Notes: generated by a model from the sequence alone, not told the origin. A DNA stretch of 64,000 nucleotides from Pyrodictiaceae archaeon (GCA_027036135.1 JALVSY010000007.1:868880-932879), one strand, 5' to 3'; counted from the stretch's first letter, positions 10,641-21,209 are shown. Numbers and translations: made by a program.

Positions 10641-11135
10641 ATGGCTGTAAATACATTACTAGTTGACTCCACAGTTCTCATTCGCTTAGTACTAGGCAAA
10701 GAGGGAGCCGATTTCGCTATTAACATCTTTAGTAGAGCAGAGGAGGGCGTTGAAGACATAGTTATACCGAGTACAGCGCTAGTAGAAGCCCTATCCAAGA
10801 CAGCTGTAGCGGCTGCTAACGGAGTAGTAGGGGGTGACGTTAAGGCCGGTATAGAGGCTCTCTATACCAATATAAATGCTCGCGAAAAGGCCGTAGAAGC
10901 CATAGAGAAGCTATCATCCTATCTCATGTTCCTACACAAGACAGGGAGAATAACGATATACAATGTAAGCGCCGATGATATAGAGAAGGCCGTTGAGCTC
11001 ATGAGAAGGAATAACTTAAATTTATCAGATGCAATAACACTAGCCGTTGCCGAGCGACTAAGAATACAGAAAATCGCGACGTTCAGCAAGAAGCTAAGAC
11101 AAGTCACTGGCTATACCTTCCTCCCATCAGCGTAA
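10641..11135 (+). CDS. PIN-domain (VapC-like) toxin
   Basis: LVDSTV, LVE, LSDAITLA motifs. Confidence 0.85.
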   Translation: MAVNTLLVDSTVLIRLVLGKEGADFAINIFSRAEEGVEDIVIPSTALVEALSKTAVAAANGVVGGDVKAGIEALYTNINAREKAVEAIEKLSSYLMFLHKTGRITIYNVSADDIEKAVELMRRNNLNLSDAITLAVAERLRIQKIATFSKKLRQVTGYTFLPSA

Positions 11136-11167
11136 CAGAGATTTGCATAAATAATAGCATCTATTCC

Positions 11168-12478
11168 TTATTTTTGCACTATCATATCAATCCCTAATTC
11201 CTGGAGCCTCTCAGGACCAAAGGGTATGAGACCTATTACCTTGTCCGCGTCAAGGAGTAGAAGCCTTCTTCGCCTTGCCAATGAGGCGCTGAGTATAAGA
11301 AAGCAGGACGCTGGGTCAAGACCACTACACGTATATTGATTCCTAGCCAGCCTAGCGACAGGCTTAATTACTCGCACTCGTTCATCTCCTTCTAGATATA
11401 TTTCTGCTCCCAGCTCGGCCCCAACTCTCTCTAATGTCTTGGAAACCAGGCCTTCAAGTAAACTAGGCGCTATTCCGGCAATACCGCTGCCACCGACTAT
11501 GCTTGCCTGTGCTGCCAGAGGGGCAATAAGCTCTGGGATATTATCCACGGTGTATACAAAGTTTCTAGGAGCAGAGTATGATAGAAGGAATTGCTCATCA
11601 CGCTGCTCGATATCATAACCTATTATACCTAGTAGGTAGAGGAGTTCCTCCCTCTCCTTCTGTCCAAAGCTCTTCACATCTAGGGCTATCTCGGCTCTTC
11701 CGCAGAGACTTGCATACATAGCTATGCTAAGGGTTTCCGCTACTCCAGAACGGGGCTTTAGCTCCCCTATTCCCGTATCGCTTATCTTTTCTACTCTGAT
11801 TAAACCATTAGCTTGTTCTACGTCGTATCCAAGCTTACTAATAATATCTATTGCTGCGTCAAGCCTGCTCAGAGCATAGAGGCTTGGCAGAAGTACTCTG
11901 ATAGTAACTGATTCGGAGACACTGATAAGTGCTAGTAACGCTGAGGCAACAAGTGTAGCATTCCTTGCGCCTAATCTGAGAATACGGGGCGGTGGAGCTG
12001 CTAATTTCTCGACAACAAGGTATCTTTGCGCAGAGCCTCCACCCCAGATACGTGCACCTAGCGATGCTATGACTTCCCTAAACTCACGAGTGTTGAGGGA
12101 AAGAAGGTATTCTGAGCCAGTCGCTCTTAGTATTAACTGTGATCGGGGAGGTGCTTGTACAGCGAAGAAGGCTGCTGCAAGCTCGGCTACGAGTAATCCA
12201 CAGCCAAGGTTAAGGCGATGAGTAAGAGGCCTAAACGGGGTATTCTCTTTTTTCACGAGCAGTTTTTCCGACGATAGCTTCTCGGTGCGGTAGCCGAGGG
12301 AAGTCAGCAAAGCGATAGCCTCTCTTATGCATGTATTCCTCGTATCTATGGGGGCTATCTCTGCTTCTCCCTGGGTAGCAGCCGCGAAGATAGCTACCAG
12401 GCTGCTCCATAGCGAGGGAAGGGGCTCTAACTCGCCGCTGGGCTCTAGGCATTCCCTAACATAGAGCTTCACGGGCAT
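11168..12478 (-). CDS. Divergent EPSP-synthase/enolpyruvyl-transferase-fold protein
   Basis: N-terminal SGELEPLPS...AAATQGEA, TG-x2-L and PEL elements resemble the AroA fold; catalytic motifs not recognisable. Confidence 0.5.
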   Translation of the reverse strand: MPVKLYVRECLEPSGELEPLPSLWSSLVAIFAAATQGEAEIAPIDTRNTCIREAIALLTSLGYRTEKLSSEKLLVKKENTPFRPLTHRLNLGCGLLVAELAAAFFAVQAPPRSQLILRATGSEYLLSLNTREFREVIASLGARIWGGGSAQRYLVVEKLAAPPPRILRLGARNATLVASALLALISVSESVTIRVLLPSLYALSRLDAAIDIISKLGYDVEQANGLIRVEKISDTGIGELKPRSGVAETLSIAMYASLCGRAEIALDVKSFGQKEREELLYLLGIIGYDIEQRDEQFLLSYSAPRNFVYTVDNIPELIAPLAAQASIVGGSGIAGIAPSLLEGLVSKTLERVGAELGAEIYLEGDERVRVIKPVARLARNQYTCSGLDPASCFLILSASLARRRRLLLLDADKVIGLIPFGPERLQELGIDMIVQK

Positions 12479-13503
12479 CACCTTACCGCGTATACTAGTA
12501 TAACGAGGAGCGAGATAATGCATTGAAGCAGCGCTATGAATACAACAACTCCGGGCTCGGTAGCCTTACCGCGGAGTTTTCTCTGAACTCTTATCGCTAA
12601 GTGTGTTAAACTATATATCTTATCATAGGGCTCAACTAGTGTGCCATCTGGAAGTACTTTAGCGAAGTTCTCCTTATATACGCCATTGAGCAAGCCTCGT
12701 ATAAATAACAAGAATTCAACAAAGTATAAGGTGAAGAAAGCTATCCCGGCTTTCTCCATATTGCCGAGGATGACTAGTGCAGCATAGTAGGCGCCGAACC
12801 CATAAGTGAAGGTGTTCCCAGGAAATACCTTAGCGGAATACCAGTTATAAACTAGGAAGCCTAGAACAGCTAGCGCCATTATGACTGAGAGCGCTTCGAC
12901 TAGATATAGACCCTTTATCGCGGAGAACGCCGCAATAGACACGGATAACAGGATAGCCATTGTTGCTTCGAGCCCGTTATAACCGGCTATCATGTTGAAC
13001 GCATTAGCGGCGCCAAGTATGCCTACTGGTACAGCTACAAGAGGGTAAAGCAGGCCGAGATTAACTACCCCGATAACTGGTAGAGCTATGCGTGAGACAC
13101 CAGCTTTTATCACTACTAGTGGAAGGGATATAGGAGCCATGAATACTATTCTCTGCCACCTAGGGAGCCCCTTCTTCCATCCAAGCAGGTCATCAAGGAA
13201 GCCTAGCAAGGCTGATAAGAGGAGTAGTGCCACTAGTGCAAATGTCTCAGCTATATAATAGTATACGCCGGATAAGTAACGATAAAGAGCTATTAGTGCC
13301 ATAACCCCAAAGCTCCCAGCTATCATCGGCCAGACCCCGCCAGCTTCTGCCACCTGGGGCCTCTCTGGCTTGTTCATGTCTTTTCCGACAAGCCCTCTCT
13401 CATGTGCTACTCTAATCCACGCTCTTGTTGTCACTATAGAGGTAATGAGTGCCACTAGGGATGATGCGGCGACATATCCGAGATTAATGCTCGTTGTTGT
13501 CAT
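12478..13503 (-). CDS. UDP-GlcNAc:dolichyl-phosphate GlcNAc-1-phosphate transferase (AglH/MraY family)
   Basis: GKDMNK, EAGG, GFLDD, NAFNMIAGYNGLE, KVFPGN; multiple TM segments. Confidence 0.9.
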   Translation of the reverse strand: MTTTSINLGYVAASSLVALITSIVTTRAWIRVAHERGLVGKDMNKPERPQVAEAGGVWPMIAGSFGVMALIALYRYLSGVYYYIAETFALVALLLLSALLGFLDDLLGWKKGLPRWQRIVFMAPISLPLVVIKAGVSRIALPVIGVVNLGLLYPLVAVPVGILGAANAFNMIAGYNGLEATMAILLSVSIAAFSAIKGLYLVEALSVIMALAVLGFLVYNWYSAKVFPGNTFTYGFGAYYAALVILGNMEKAGIAFFTLYFVEFLLFIRGLLNGVYKENFAKVLPDGTLVEPYDKIYSLTHLAIRVQRKLRGKATEPGVVVFIALLQCIISLLVILVYAVR

Positions 13504-13593
13504 GACCTATGCACCGCTATCTATTATCGAGGTAGTGTATGACTCTGTGGATATAGGCAATCTCTGTGCCTTTGAGACGCAGGTAGTTGTTTA

Positions 13594-14262
13594 GTGCCTC
13601 TGCCTCACCGTGTACGGCCCGAGGTGGTTGTAACGGTATTCCATATATTTAATGTCTTAGCAGAGCGCTATGATAAGTGGTATGATAGGAATTGGATAAC
13701 TGCGTTGAATGAACTACGCCTAGTGAAGGCAATGGTTCCCTCCGAGAAGAGTATCTGTGTTGAGGTAGGTGGTGGCACTGGTTTCTTTGCCTCAAGACTG
13801 GGTTGTATTAATGTTGACCCGGCGGAGAAAGTACTAGTTATCTCTAGGAGAAAAGGCGTTGACCCAGTACAGGGAGTTGGCGAGTTCCTTCCAATAAGAC
13901 ACAATTCCGTGGATGTTGTCCTAGTCATAGTTACCCTGTGCTTTGCCGATGAACCGGCAATGCTGCTTACCGAGTCAAGAAGAATATTAAGAGATAACGG
14001 AGCATTAATAGTATGTATCGTTCCCCGTAACTCGCCATGGGGAATATACTACACTTCACGTAAAGACAAGTCACCGTTCTACCGCTATGCCCGTTTTTAC
14101 ACAGTGCTAGAGCTTGAAAAAATGCTAAGCGATATAGGATTCATAATTATAGACGAAAAAGGTGTGCTTAGCTATAAGCCCTGGGAGAGACCTAGGTACG
14201 AGTCCCCTACGAGGCCTACTCAGCGACATGGCTTTGTGTGCATAAAGGCCACAAAGAGGTAG
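13594..14262 (+). CDS. Class I SAM-dependent methyltransferase
   Basis: YDKWY, EVGGGTG, GEFLP, VTLCF. Confidence 0.88.
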   Translation: MPLPHRVRPEVVVTVFHIFNVLAERYDKWYDRNWITALNELRLVKAMVPSEKSICVEVGGGTGFFASRLGCINVDPAEKVLVISRRKGVDPVQGVGEFLPIRHNSVDVVLVIVTLCFADEPAMLLTESRRILRDNGALIVCIVPRNSPWGIYYTSRKDKSPFYRYARFYTVLELEKMLSDIGFIIIDEKGVLSYKPWERPRYESPTRPTQRHGFVCIKATKR

Positions 14263-14370
14263 ATGCATTGTACGATACATCCCCCGGAAACATGTTTTTT
14301 ACCTAGATTCCGTCCCCTTATCATTACGGAGTCTTATAAGTTGGTAGGAAAAGGAGGGGGTATATAGGGA

Positions 14371-15210
14371 TTGGCCTCAAAGGCAGCGCTCATAGCAACA
14401 ATTGTAGTAATAATCGTAATAATCGCAGGTATAGCGGCCTATTATGCTGTTAACAAGAGCAAGCAGCAGACGACTCAGAGCAAAACACAGAGCCCGCGCC
14501 CGCCACAACACAGAGCACAACAAAGCAAAAGAAGTGTCTCAGGGTAGGAACATCACCAGACTTCCCGCCGTTTGAGTACATAGCTAAGAATGGCAGTATA
14601 GTTGGCTTTGACATGGATTTGATAAAGTTGGTTGCGCACAAAGCCGGTTATAGCTGCGTAAAGATAATATCGATGGATTTTGATGCATTAATACCAGCGC
14701 TCCAGCAGGGCAAGATAGACGTCATAGCTGCGGGCATGACTATTACTCCCGAGAGGGAGAAAGTAGTTGCCTTCACTATACCTTACTGGGAGGTCGACCA
14801 AGCAGTAATTGTTAGCAAGAAAAAGCAACTTTAGGCCAAAGAATCTAGAGGATCTAGCAGGTAAAACTGTTGGTGTCGAGACCGGAACAACGGCAGCCGA
14901 ATACCTAGGGAAGTATGTAAAAGAGCACAAAGTAAACATAAAGATAAAGAGATATACTAGCTATGTACTAGCAGTACAGGACCTAGTAAATGGTAGGATA
15001 GATGCAGTTATGCTCGATGTGCCAGTTGCGAAAATGTTTACCAAGAAATACCCAGTAGTTATTGCATTCATTGTCAAGACCGGCGAGAAATATGGTTCTG
15101 CAATCAGGAAGAGTGATACAGAGCTACTAAACAAGCTTAACCAGGCACTAAAAGAGATAATGAATAGCCCAGAATGGAACAAACTTGTTGAGAAATACTT
15201 TGGCAGCTAA
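14371..15210 (+). pseudogene. Polar amino-acid ABC transporter substrate-binding protein, two frameshifts
   Basis: TTG-initiated TM anchor at 14371; GTSPDFPPFE...FDALIPAL in a second frame; DLAGKTVGV...KYF back in the first frame; shifts near 14493 and 14815. Confidence 0.8.
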
Positions 15211-15252
15211 GCCGCCACGCATAATGAAATGAAATTACTAGGGGGCAGAGCT

Positions 15253-15934
15253 TTGAACCCTATAGCGTTTTTGAGCCACTAAGGCCATACATAGGCGTCA
15301 TATTATCGGGGCTTCCTACTACACTGATACTAACGTTTGGGGGTTTCGGGATAGGATTCCTAATTGGACCTTACTGGCTTTTCTCGAGGTCTATGGACCA
15401 ACTTGGGTATCACGTATAGCAACCGCTATAGAGGAGACTATCAGAGGAATCCCTCTTCTTGTCATCTTGTTCCTAGTATTCTTTGGTCTTCCCTCTATTG
15501 GCATCCAGCTCTCTCCAATAGCGTCAGCTATAATAGCAATCGGTATACGTAGCTTCGCATATCAGTCACAAATTATACGCAGTACTATACTTTCTATCCC
15601 ACGGGGCCAATGGGAGGCAGCACTTAGTCTCGGAATGAGCCCGATTGAGGCCTTTATTAATGTCATAGCTCCGCAAGCTTTTCGCACAGCTATCCCGGGT
15701 CTTGTGAATCAGTTCACTATTGACCTCAAGGATACTTCTCTGGCTTACGCAATAGGCGTTGCCGAGTTGTTCACACAATCAGTCCACGTAGCACAAGTTA
15801 TACTCGATTATATGCCTCCGCTTGTCTTTGTGGCTCTCATATACTTCGTCCTAACCTATAGTGCAAGCCTCGGTGCAAGTTTTCTCTATAAGAGACTCAG
15901 CATACCTGGTTTAGGAGGCGGGCAACAAGCATGA
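15253..15934 (+). pseudogene. Amino-acid ABC permease, frameshifted
   Basis: GLPTTLILT and IRGIPLLV lie in different frames; EAA motif GQWEAALSLG; shifts near 15267 and 15370. Confidence 0.75.
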
Positions 15935-16688
15935 CGAGTGACATAGTGCTAAGAGTGGAGAACCTTTGGAAAAGCTATGGAAGGCTACAAGTACTTAGAG
16001 GAGTCAGCTTTACTATACGACGTGGCGAGGTCAAAGTAATAATAGGTCCCTCGGGTTCAGGGAAATCAACTCTTCTCCGGTGCATCAACTTATTGGTACG
16101 TCCTGATAAAGGCCGAATAGAGCTAGAGGGCCACGAGGTATTCCCGCATCCATCGATGAGTATAAGCAAGATAAGAGAGAGAATAGGCTTTGTGTTTCAG
16201 CAGTTCAACCTCTTCATGCATCTAACAGCACTCGATAATGTCAAGATAGGACTAATCAAGGTAAAGAAGATGAATAAGGAAGAAGCAACAAAGAGGGCTA
16301 TCGAGGCTCTCCGCATGGTGGGGATAGATGAGAGCCTATGGAGCAAGTACCTGCCCAGCTAAGTGGTGGGCAGCAACAACGCGTAGCTATAGCACGCGCT
16401 ATAGCAATGGAGCCCTCTATAATACTCATGGATGAGCCAACATCGGCTCTAGACCCAGAGCTAGTAGGGGAAGTACTAAAGGTTATTGAGAAGCTTGCTA
16501 AGCAGCGAAAAACAATGCTCATAGTGACGCACGAGCTCGATTTCGCGCTTGAAGCAGCCGATGAGATAATGGTCCTGGACCACGGAGTCATAGTTGAGAA
16601 GGGAACGCCAGAGGAAATACTCCGTCACCCCAAGCACGAGAGGACAAGAAGGTTCATAGAAAGAATAGCGAGGAGAACACAGATATGA
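15931..16688 (+). pseudogene. Amino-acid ABC ATPase (GlnQ-like), split by a frameshift
   Basis: GPSGSGKS in 15931-16362 and LSGGQQQ/DEPTSALD in 16338-16688; one C missing in KYPAQ at ~16350. Confidence 0.85.
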
Positions 16689-17371
16689 TAAGCGGGTTGG
16701 CCGGGATACTAGCGTCCTATGGGCACCTATTACTATATGGGCTAAGAAACACGCTCATATTAACAGCAATCTCGTTCGCTATAGGCTTCAGCCTTGGCTC
16801 ACTCATAGCTATGGGCAGGGTCTATGCCCCAACCTGGCTAAGAGCCCTCCTCGTAGCATACGTTGAAGTTATACGCGGTACACCAATGCTCCTGCAATTA
16901 TTCATACTCTACTACGCATTACCCGATGTAGGGATAAAGCTCTCTGCTATGATGGCAGCCATACTAGGTACGGGACTTAATAGTGCAGCCTATCAATCAG
17001 AGTACATCTGTGCATCCATAAAAGCCGTTCCCAGTGGCCAGTGGGAGGCGGCACTAAGCCTCGGCATGACTAAGTTACAGGCAATACTAAGTATAATCAT
17101 GCCGATATCTCTTAGATCAGCGTTACCTGCGCTAACAAACGAGCTAGTCTATTTGCTAAAGTACTCGTCAATAGCGTACTTCCTAACAGTGGTAGAACTC
17201 GTTTACGCGGGCGAGATAATAGGCTCAGAGACATTCATGTATGTACAAGTATACACAATAATAGCAATAATATACTTGGCCCTCTCACTGCTAATAACCA
17301 GAGGAATGAAACTCTTAGAAAAGAAAATAATGATACCAGGACTAGCCGTAGAAGCCGTCCAGAGAACGTAA
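16685..17371 (+). CDS. Amino-acid ABC permease (intact)
   Basis: RGTPMLLQ, AYQSE, GQWEAALSLG. Confidence 0.9.
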   Translation: MISGLAGILASYGHLLLYGLRNTLILTAISFAIGFSLGSLIAMGRVYAPTWLRALLVAYVEVIRGTPMLLQLFILYYALPDVGIKLSAMMAAILGTGLNSAAYQSEYICASIKAVPSGQWEAALSLGMTKLQAILSIIMPISLRSALPALTNELVYLLKYSSIAYFLTVVELVYAGEIIGSETFMYVQVYTIIAIIYLALSLLITRGMKLLEKKIMIPGLAVEAVQRT

Positions 17372-17436
17372 ACTAGATAAAACCACGCATAGAAACACTA
17401 TACTCACTATACATGGCCGCCGGGAAGCCCGCCGGG

Positions 17437-17516
<80 letters not shown>

Positions 17517-17552
17517 GAACCCGACCCTTCTACGCCTAACAGGTCAGAGAAC

Positions 17553-18017
17553 ATGGCCGCGGAAGCTCAAAAAGTCATACCAGGCAAGACTAGTACTAGA
17601 CACGGGGCACAGGAAATGAGCATTAGCATCACGAGAGCGGTAGACAGCATACTAGACATACTAAGCAACGTGCCCCCGGCCTACAGGCTACAAGTCCTAA
17701 AAGAAGCCGAGAAGAGACTACAGCCGGTAGTTGCTGAGGAGAAAGGGCTTGTGAGAAAAGTTATCCGTGTTAGCCGTTCATTTAAGGTATCATTGCCACG
17801 TAGATATGCAGGACTTGAAGGCTCCTATATTATTCAAGTTGAAGGCAGACGACTTATCTATGTACCAAAAGAAAAAGGTGATGTAAAAGTACGCAACGAT
17901 AGAGGTTCGAGAGTAATCGTTGTTCCTCTACCCAAGTGGGCTTATGAAGCAATAGGTTCTCCCATGTTTGTGCGTCTCCGTCTTGAAAACGGTAAGATTG
18001 TCATTGAGCCCGTTTAA
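17553..18017 (+). CDS. AbrB/SpoVT-like (double swapped-hairpin) protein, copy 1
   Basis: RKV..VS.SFKVSLP and VPLPKW..EAIG...VRLRLENGKIVIEP; alternative ATG at 17616. Confidence 0.7.
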   Translation: MAAEAQKVIPGKTSTRHGAQEMSISITRAVDSILDILSNVPPAYRLQVLKEAEKRLQPVVAEEKGLVRKVIRVSRSFKVSLPRRYAGLEGSYIIQVEGRRLIYVPKEKGDVKVRNDRGSRVIVVPLPKWAYEAIGSPMFVRLRLENGKIVIEPV

Positions 18018-18040
18018 GCCTGTTAGCCTTGGCGGGGGTT

Positions 18041-18478
18041 ATGCCGGGCAAGACTAGTACTAGACACGGGGCACAGGAAATGAGCATAGCCGTGGACAGA
18101 CTAGTAGACACCATAGCCGGCATGCTCCTCCAGCTACCAGCCCCCCAAAGACTAGAAGTACTAAGACAAGTAGAAGCAAAAATAAGGCCAACAACCAGCA
18201 AAGACGAACTAATAAGAAAACTCACGAAGGTTAGCGGAGCATTTCAAGTTGCTTTACCCGCTAGGATGAAGCAACTTGTTGGAACTTACAAGGCCCGCAT
18301 AGAGAGTGATCGTCTAATATTATTACGTACGCATGGAAGTAGTATAGATGCGCGAATAGGCTTCTACGGTAGTGTGCTCAAGCTACGCCTCCCTAAGCGT
18401 ATTGTAGAAGCTTTGGGCTTCCCTGAATATGTTCGAATTCGTATAGAAGATAGCAAGATAGTCATTGAGCCTGTTTAA
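18041..18478 (+). CDS. AbrB/SpoVT-like protein, copy 2
   Basis: Paralog of copy 1; LRLPKRIVEALG...IEDSKIVIEP. Confidence 0.7.
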   Translation: MPGKTSTRHGAQEMSIAVDRLVDTIAGMLLQLPAPQRLEVLRQVEAKIRPTTSKDELIRKLTKVSGAFQVALPARMKQLVGTYKARIESDRLILLRTHGSSIDARIGFYGSVLKLRLPKRIVEALGFPEYVRIRIEDSKIVIEPV

Positions 18479-18502
18479 GCCTGTTAGCCTTGGCGGAGGG
18501 TT

Positions 18503-18952
18503 ATGCCAGGGACGCAAGTAGTACAGACAAGGGATAAGACACCTGGGGCACAGGAAATGAGTACTAGCATCATGAGGGCAGTAGACAGCATACTAGACAT
18601 ACTAAGCAACGTGCCCCCGGCCTACAGGTTACAAGTACTCCGCATAGCCGAGAGCAAGATACGACCAAACATTGTAGGAAGTGGCGAGCTTGTAAGAAAG
18701 GTAAGCCGCAAAAGCCGTTCCTATGAACTAATTCTTCCGCTAGCCTATGCACACCTCGAGGGCACATACAAGCTTACACACATAGAAAGAAGACTCATCT
18801 ACGAAAGAAACGAGAACGGTGAAGTAAGAGCCCGAGTGAGAAGTTCGGCCCTACGTCTTCCTCTCCCAAAGTGGGCTTATGAGGCTATAGGTTCTCCTGC
18901 TTTTGTCCGTGTTCGTGTAGAGGATGATAGGATCATTATTGAGCCTGCTTAG
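18503..18952 (+). CDS. AbrB/SpoVT-like protein, copy 3
   Basis: Paralog; LPLPKWAYEAIG...VEDDRIIIEP. Confidence 0.7.
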   Translation: MPGTQVVQTRDKTPGAQEMSTSIMRAVDSILDILSNVPPAYRLQVLRIAESKIRPNIVGSGELVRKVSRKSRSYELILPLAYAHLEGTYKLTHIERRLIYERNENGEVRARVRSSALRLPLPKWAYEAIGSPAFVRVRVEDDRIIIEPA

Positions 18953-18961
18953 GGGTGTGTT

Positions 18962-19615
18962 TTGGATCGTAGGCGCCTAGTTCTCACTGTTTTATTCTCC
19001 TTGGCTTTGTTCTCCCTATTGCCTCTGTCTATCTGGGTTATGAATAGCTTTGATTTCCCGTGGCTCTTTCTCGGCGTGTTCGGCCTGATCCCTGTTGGTT
19101 ATGCGTTGCTGTGGCCTTATAGGCTCGTGTTTCTGGCTATGCTGCTCGTGCTTGCTGGGAGCGGGCTACTCTACCGACACGGGGACCTCTTGTTTAGCCT
19201 TCTCTTCTTCTTGGTGCCCTACGGCGTGGCCTGCGTCGCCATAGCTTATCGTATTGCTGAGAGGCTTAGCCCCGTGGAGTGGGTGGAGCCCAGCTACCCC
19301 GAGGAGCATGAGGAGCCCGGGGGCTACGAGGAGTATAGCCTTGCAGATTCTAGGCCGAGGTGGAACCCCTACGCCGACTCGAGGCCCGTGCTGCTGCGCC
19401 GAGGCGGGTCCTCAAAGCCCGAGACGGGGGAGAAAGAGGAGGACCCGTGTGGCGGCGACCAGCTCATAGACCTGTTGCTGGAGAAGGATGCGGAGGACCC
19501 CGAGGTCGAGAAGAAGCTCAGAGAGTACATGGAGTGCAGAGCCAAGTGGTTCATAGAACACTTCCACGAGTGGGAGCAGAAGCATGGGGTCAGGGTTGGG
19601 AGGAGACATGCCTAG
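18962..19615 (+). CDS. Membrane protein with acidic cytoplasmic tail
   Basis: About 4 N-terminal TM segments. Confidence 0.65.
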   Translation: MDRRRLVLTVLFSLALFSLLPLSIWVMNSFDFPWLFLGVFGLIPVGYALLWPYRLVFLAMLLVLAGSGLLYRHGDLLFSLLFFLVPYGVACVAIAYRIAERLSPVEWVEPSYPEEHEEPGGYEEYSLADSRPRWNPYADSRPVLLRRGGSSKPETGEKEEDPCGGDQLIDLLLEKDAEDPEVEKKLREYMECRAKWFIEHFHEWEQKHGVRVGRRHA

Positions 19616-20330
19616 CGCCGTTGCAGTGACGCGATAGGCACCACCTATACATTTCATCGTCGCTGATTCCTTCCCCCTCTGTTGTCCATTTCGGTATTAG
19701 CTCTCTGAAGGTGTCATACCGTATCAAGACTATGAGTCTGTCGAGATTTCTGCGGCGGAGGCACTTGTAAAGAGAACAAAAGAGGTCGCGATCATCCGTA
19801 ACTACAGGAAAAGGCGGCCTGGTTATGCCCGCGCGGCTCGAGGCGGGAACTGCCGCGGCCACGTCGTAGGCCAGGAGAATACCCTCAACGACGGGAAGAT
19901 CCTTCCCTATGTTCTTACGGCACGCCTCCCTCGCAACGCAATGGAGTAGCCAGCCCCGGTGCCTCAGGGCGATTTGGCGGTTTGACCTCTCCTCAACGGC
20001 GCGGCGAATCCTCGCGTAAGCGGTTTCATCGGCGTCAACAGGGACTACTTGCTCTGTGCGCAGCATGTTCTCCAGCTCCTCACGGAGACGGTTAAGAATC
20101 TCTGAGGGCTCCATGTCCCAATGGGAGACTGCTCTCTTTGTCACAAGCTTAGGAAGCTTACGCTCGGCCTCCTTCACTATGTACTCCGTGACGAGGACCT
20201 GGAGGCGCCCTGACTCCAGGAGGAGTCGGAGCGGGGTGCCTTGGCCCCGGTGCCGAGCGGTCGCAATTGCGTAGAGGAGCCTTAGCAGGCTATTGGTGTC
20301 GGTGAACACGAGTGCATATTTCCGCACCAA
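19590..20330 (-). CDS. PIN-domain protein (putative toxin)
   Basis: VFTDTN, IVKE, KDLPV and VVTDDRDL acidic tetrad. Confidence 0.7.
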   Translation of the reverse strand: MVRKYALVFTDTNSLLRLLYAIATARHRGQGTPLRLLLESGRLQVLVTEYIVKEAERKLPKLVTKRAVSHWDMEPSEILNRLREELENMLRTEQVVPVDADETAYARIRRAVEERSNRQIALRHRGWLLHCVAREACRKNIGKDLPVVEGILLAYDVAAAVPASSRAGITRPPFPVVTDDRDLFCSLYKCLRRRNLDRLIVLIRYDTFRELIPKWTTEGEGISDDEMYRWCLSRHCNGARHVSSQP

Positions 20331-20334
20331 CGCG

Positions 20335-21036
20335 CTAGTCCTCCTCCTCGAGGTCCTCGAGGCTACCTACATCATAGTCTGGCTGGAGCCTTCCAGCCTC
20401 GTAGTCGCGGCGTATCCTGTCTAGCTCCCTCAGCAGCTCTATGTAGTCGTCGAGGCTCATGTTGAACACCATTGCCTTCTTTACTGGTGGCCCTTCGGTC
20501 TCGAGATGCAGCACCCTCAGCGAGAGCCTCTCCAGCTCACTGGTGCTCATAGAGCCTAAGCGTTCAACTACCCATTCGTTGAGCGTGTCGATGTATCCTT
20601 CGCCGTAGAGTGGCTCGAGCTTCTCAGCCAGTAGCTCTCGAAGCGCCTCGGCCAGGTCTCCGAGGGCCTCGCGGACTGGAGGCGTCGGCATTAGCTTCTT
20701 GTCAAGCACCGTGACGGCTCTCGCGTCACGTATGCCTAGAAGGCGTCGGCAGCTCTTATTCATAGCATTGACGAGTCTCTTCACCCTCATGTAGGGGCCG
20801 TGGAGGTAGATGCGGAACTCCATCTCGGGGCTGAGGCGCGGAGGGTTTGCACGGAGCACAGGTTTGCCATCTGGTCCAGGCTCCGTGTAGAGGGCGAAGA
20901 AGAGAAGTTTCACAAGCTTTTCATCGTCAACTATGCGTTCACCGTGCTGAGCTAGCCTCAAGAGTATGTAGAGTGCTAGCTCGGCTACAACTCTTTCGTG
21001 AAGCTCGGGCCTAAGAAGCTCTGCCACAAACTTCAC
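20335..21036 (-). CDS. Panacea/SocA (DUF4065)-like putative antitoxin
   Basis: KLVKLLFF...FRIYLHGPY resembles the DUF4065 KL-KL-Y...HGP motif. Confidence 0.6.
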   Translation of the reverse strand: MKFVAELLRPELHERVVAELALYILLRLAQHGERIVDDEKLVKLLFFALYTEPGPDGKPVLRANPPRLSPEMEFRIYLHGPYMRVKRLVNAMNKSCRRLLGIRDARAVTVLDKKLMPTPPVREALGDLAEALRELLAEKLEPLYGEGYIDTLNEWVVERLGSMSTSELERLSLRVLHLETEGPPVKKAMVFNMSLDDYIELLRELDRIRRDYEAGRLQPDYDVGSLEDLEEED

Positions 21037-21209
21037 TCTCCCCTGTAGACCTGTCAGGAGGTAACAAGCTATAAGCAGTAATGCAGCCTAAGAGGGCAGG
21101 CCACAACACCTGCCCAGATAACCCAGTATCATAGCCAGGGCTTGGCGTTTCTCCCTGTTTTATTTGTTTCTCTGGCTGGGTTTGTGGCTTCTCGAGGACA
21201 ACACATAAA

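Noticed and set aside
17583-18628. CRISPR array
   Set aside because: The repeats are ~460 bp apart, lie within paralogous ORFs, and no cas genes are present.
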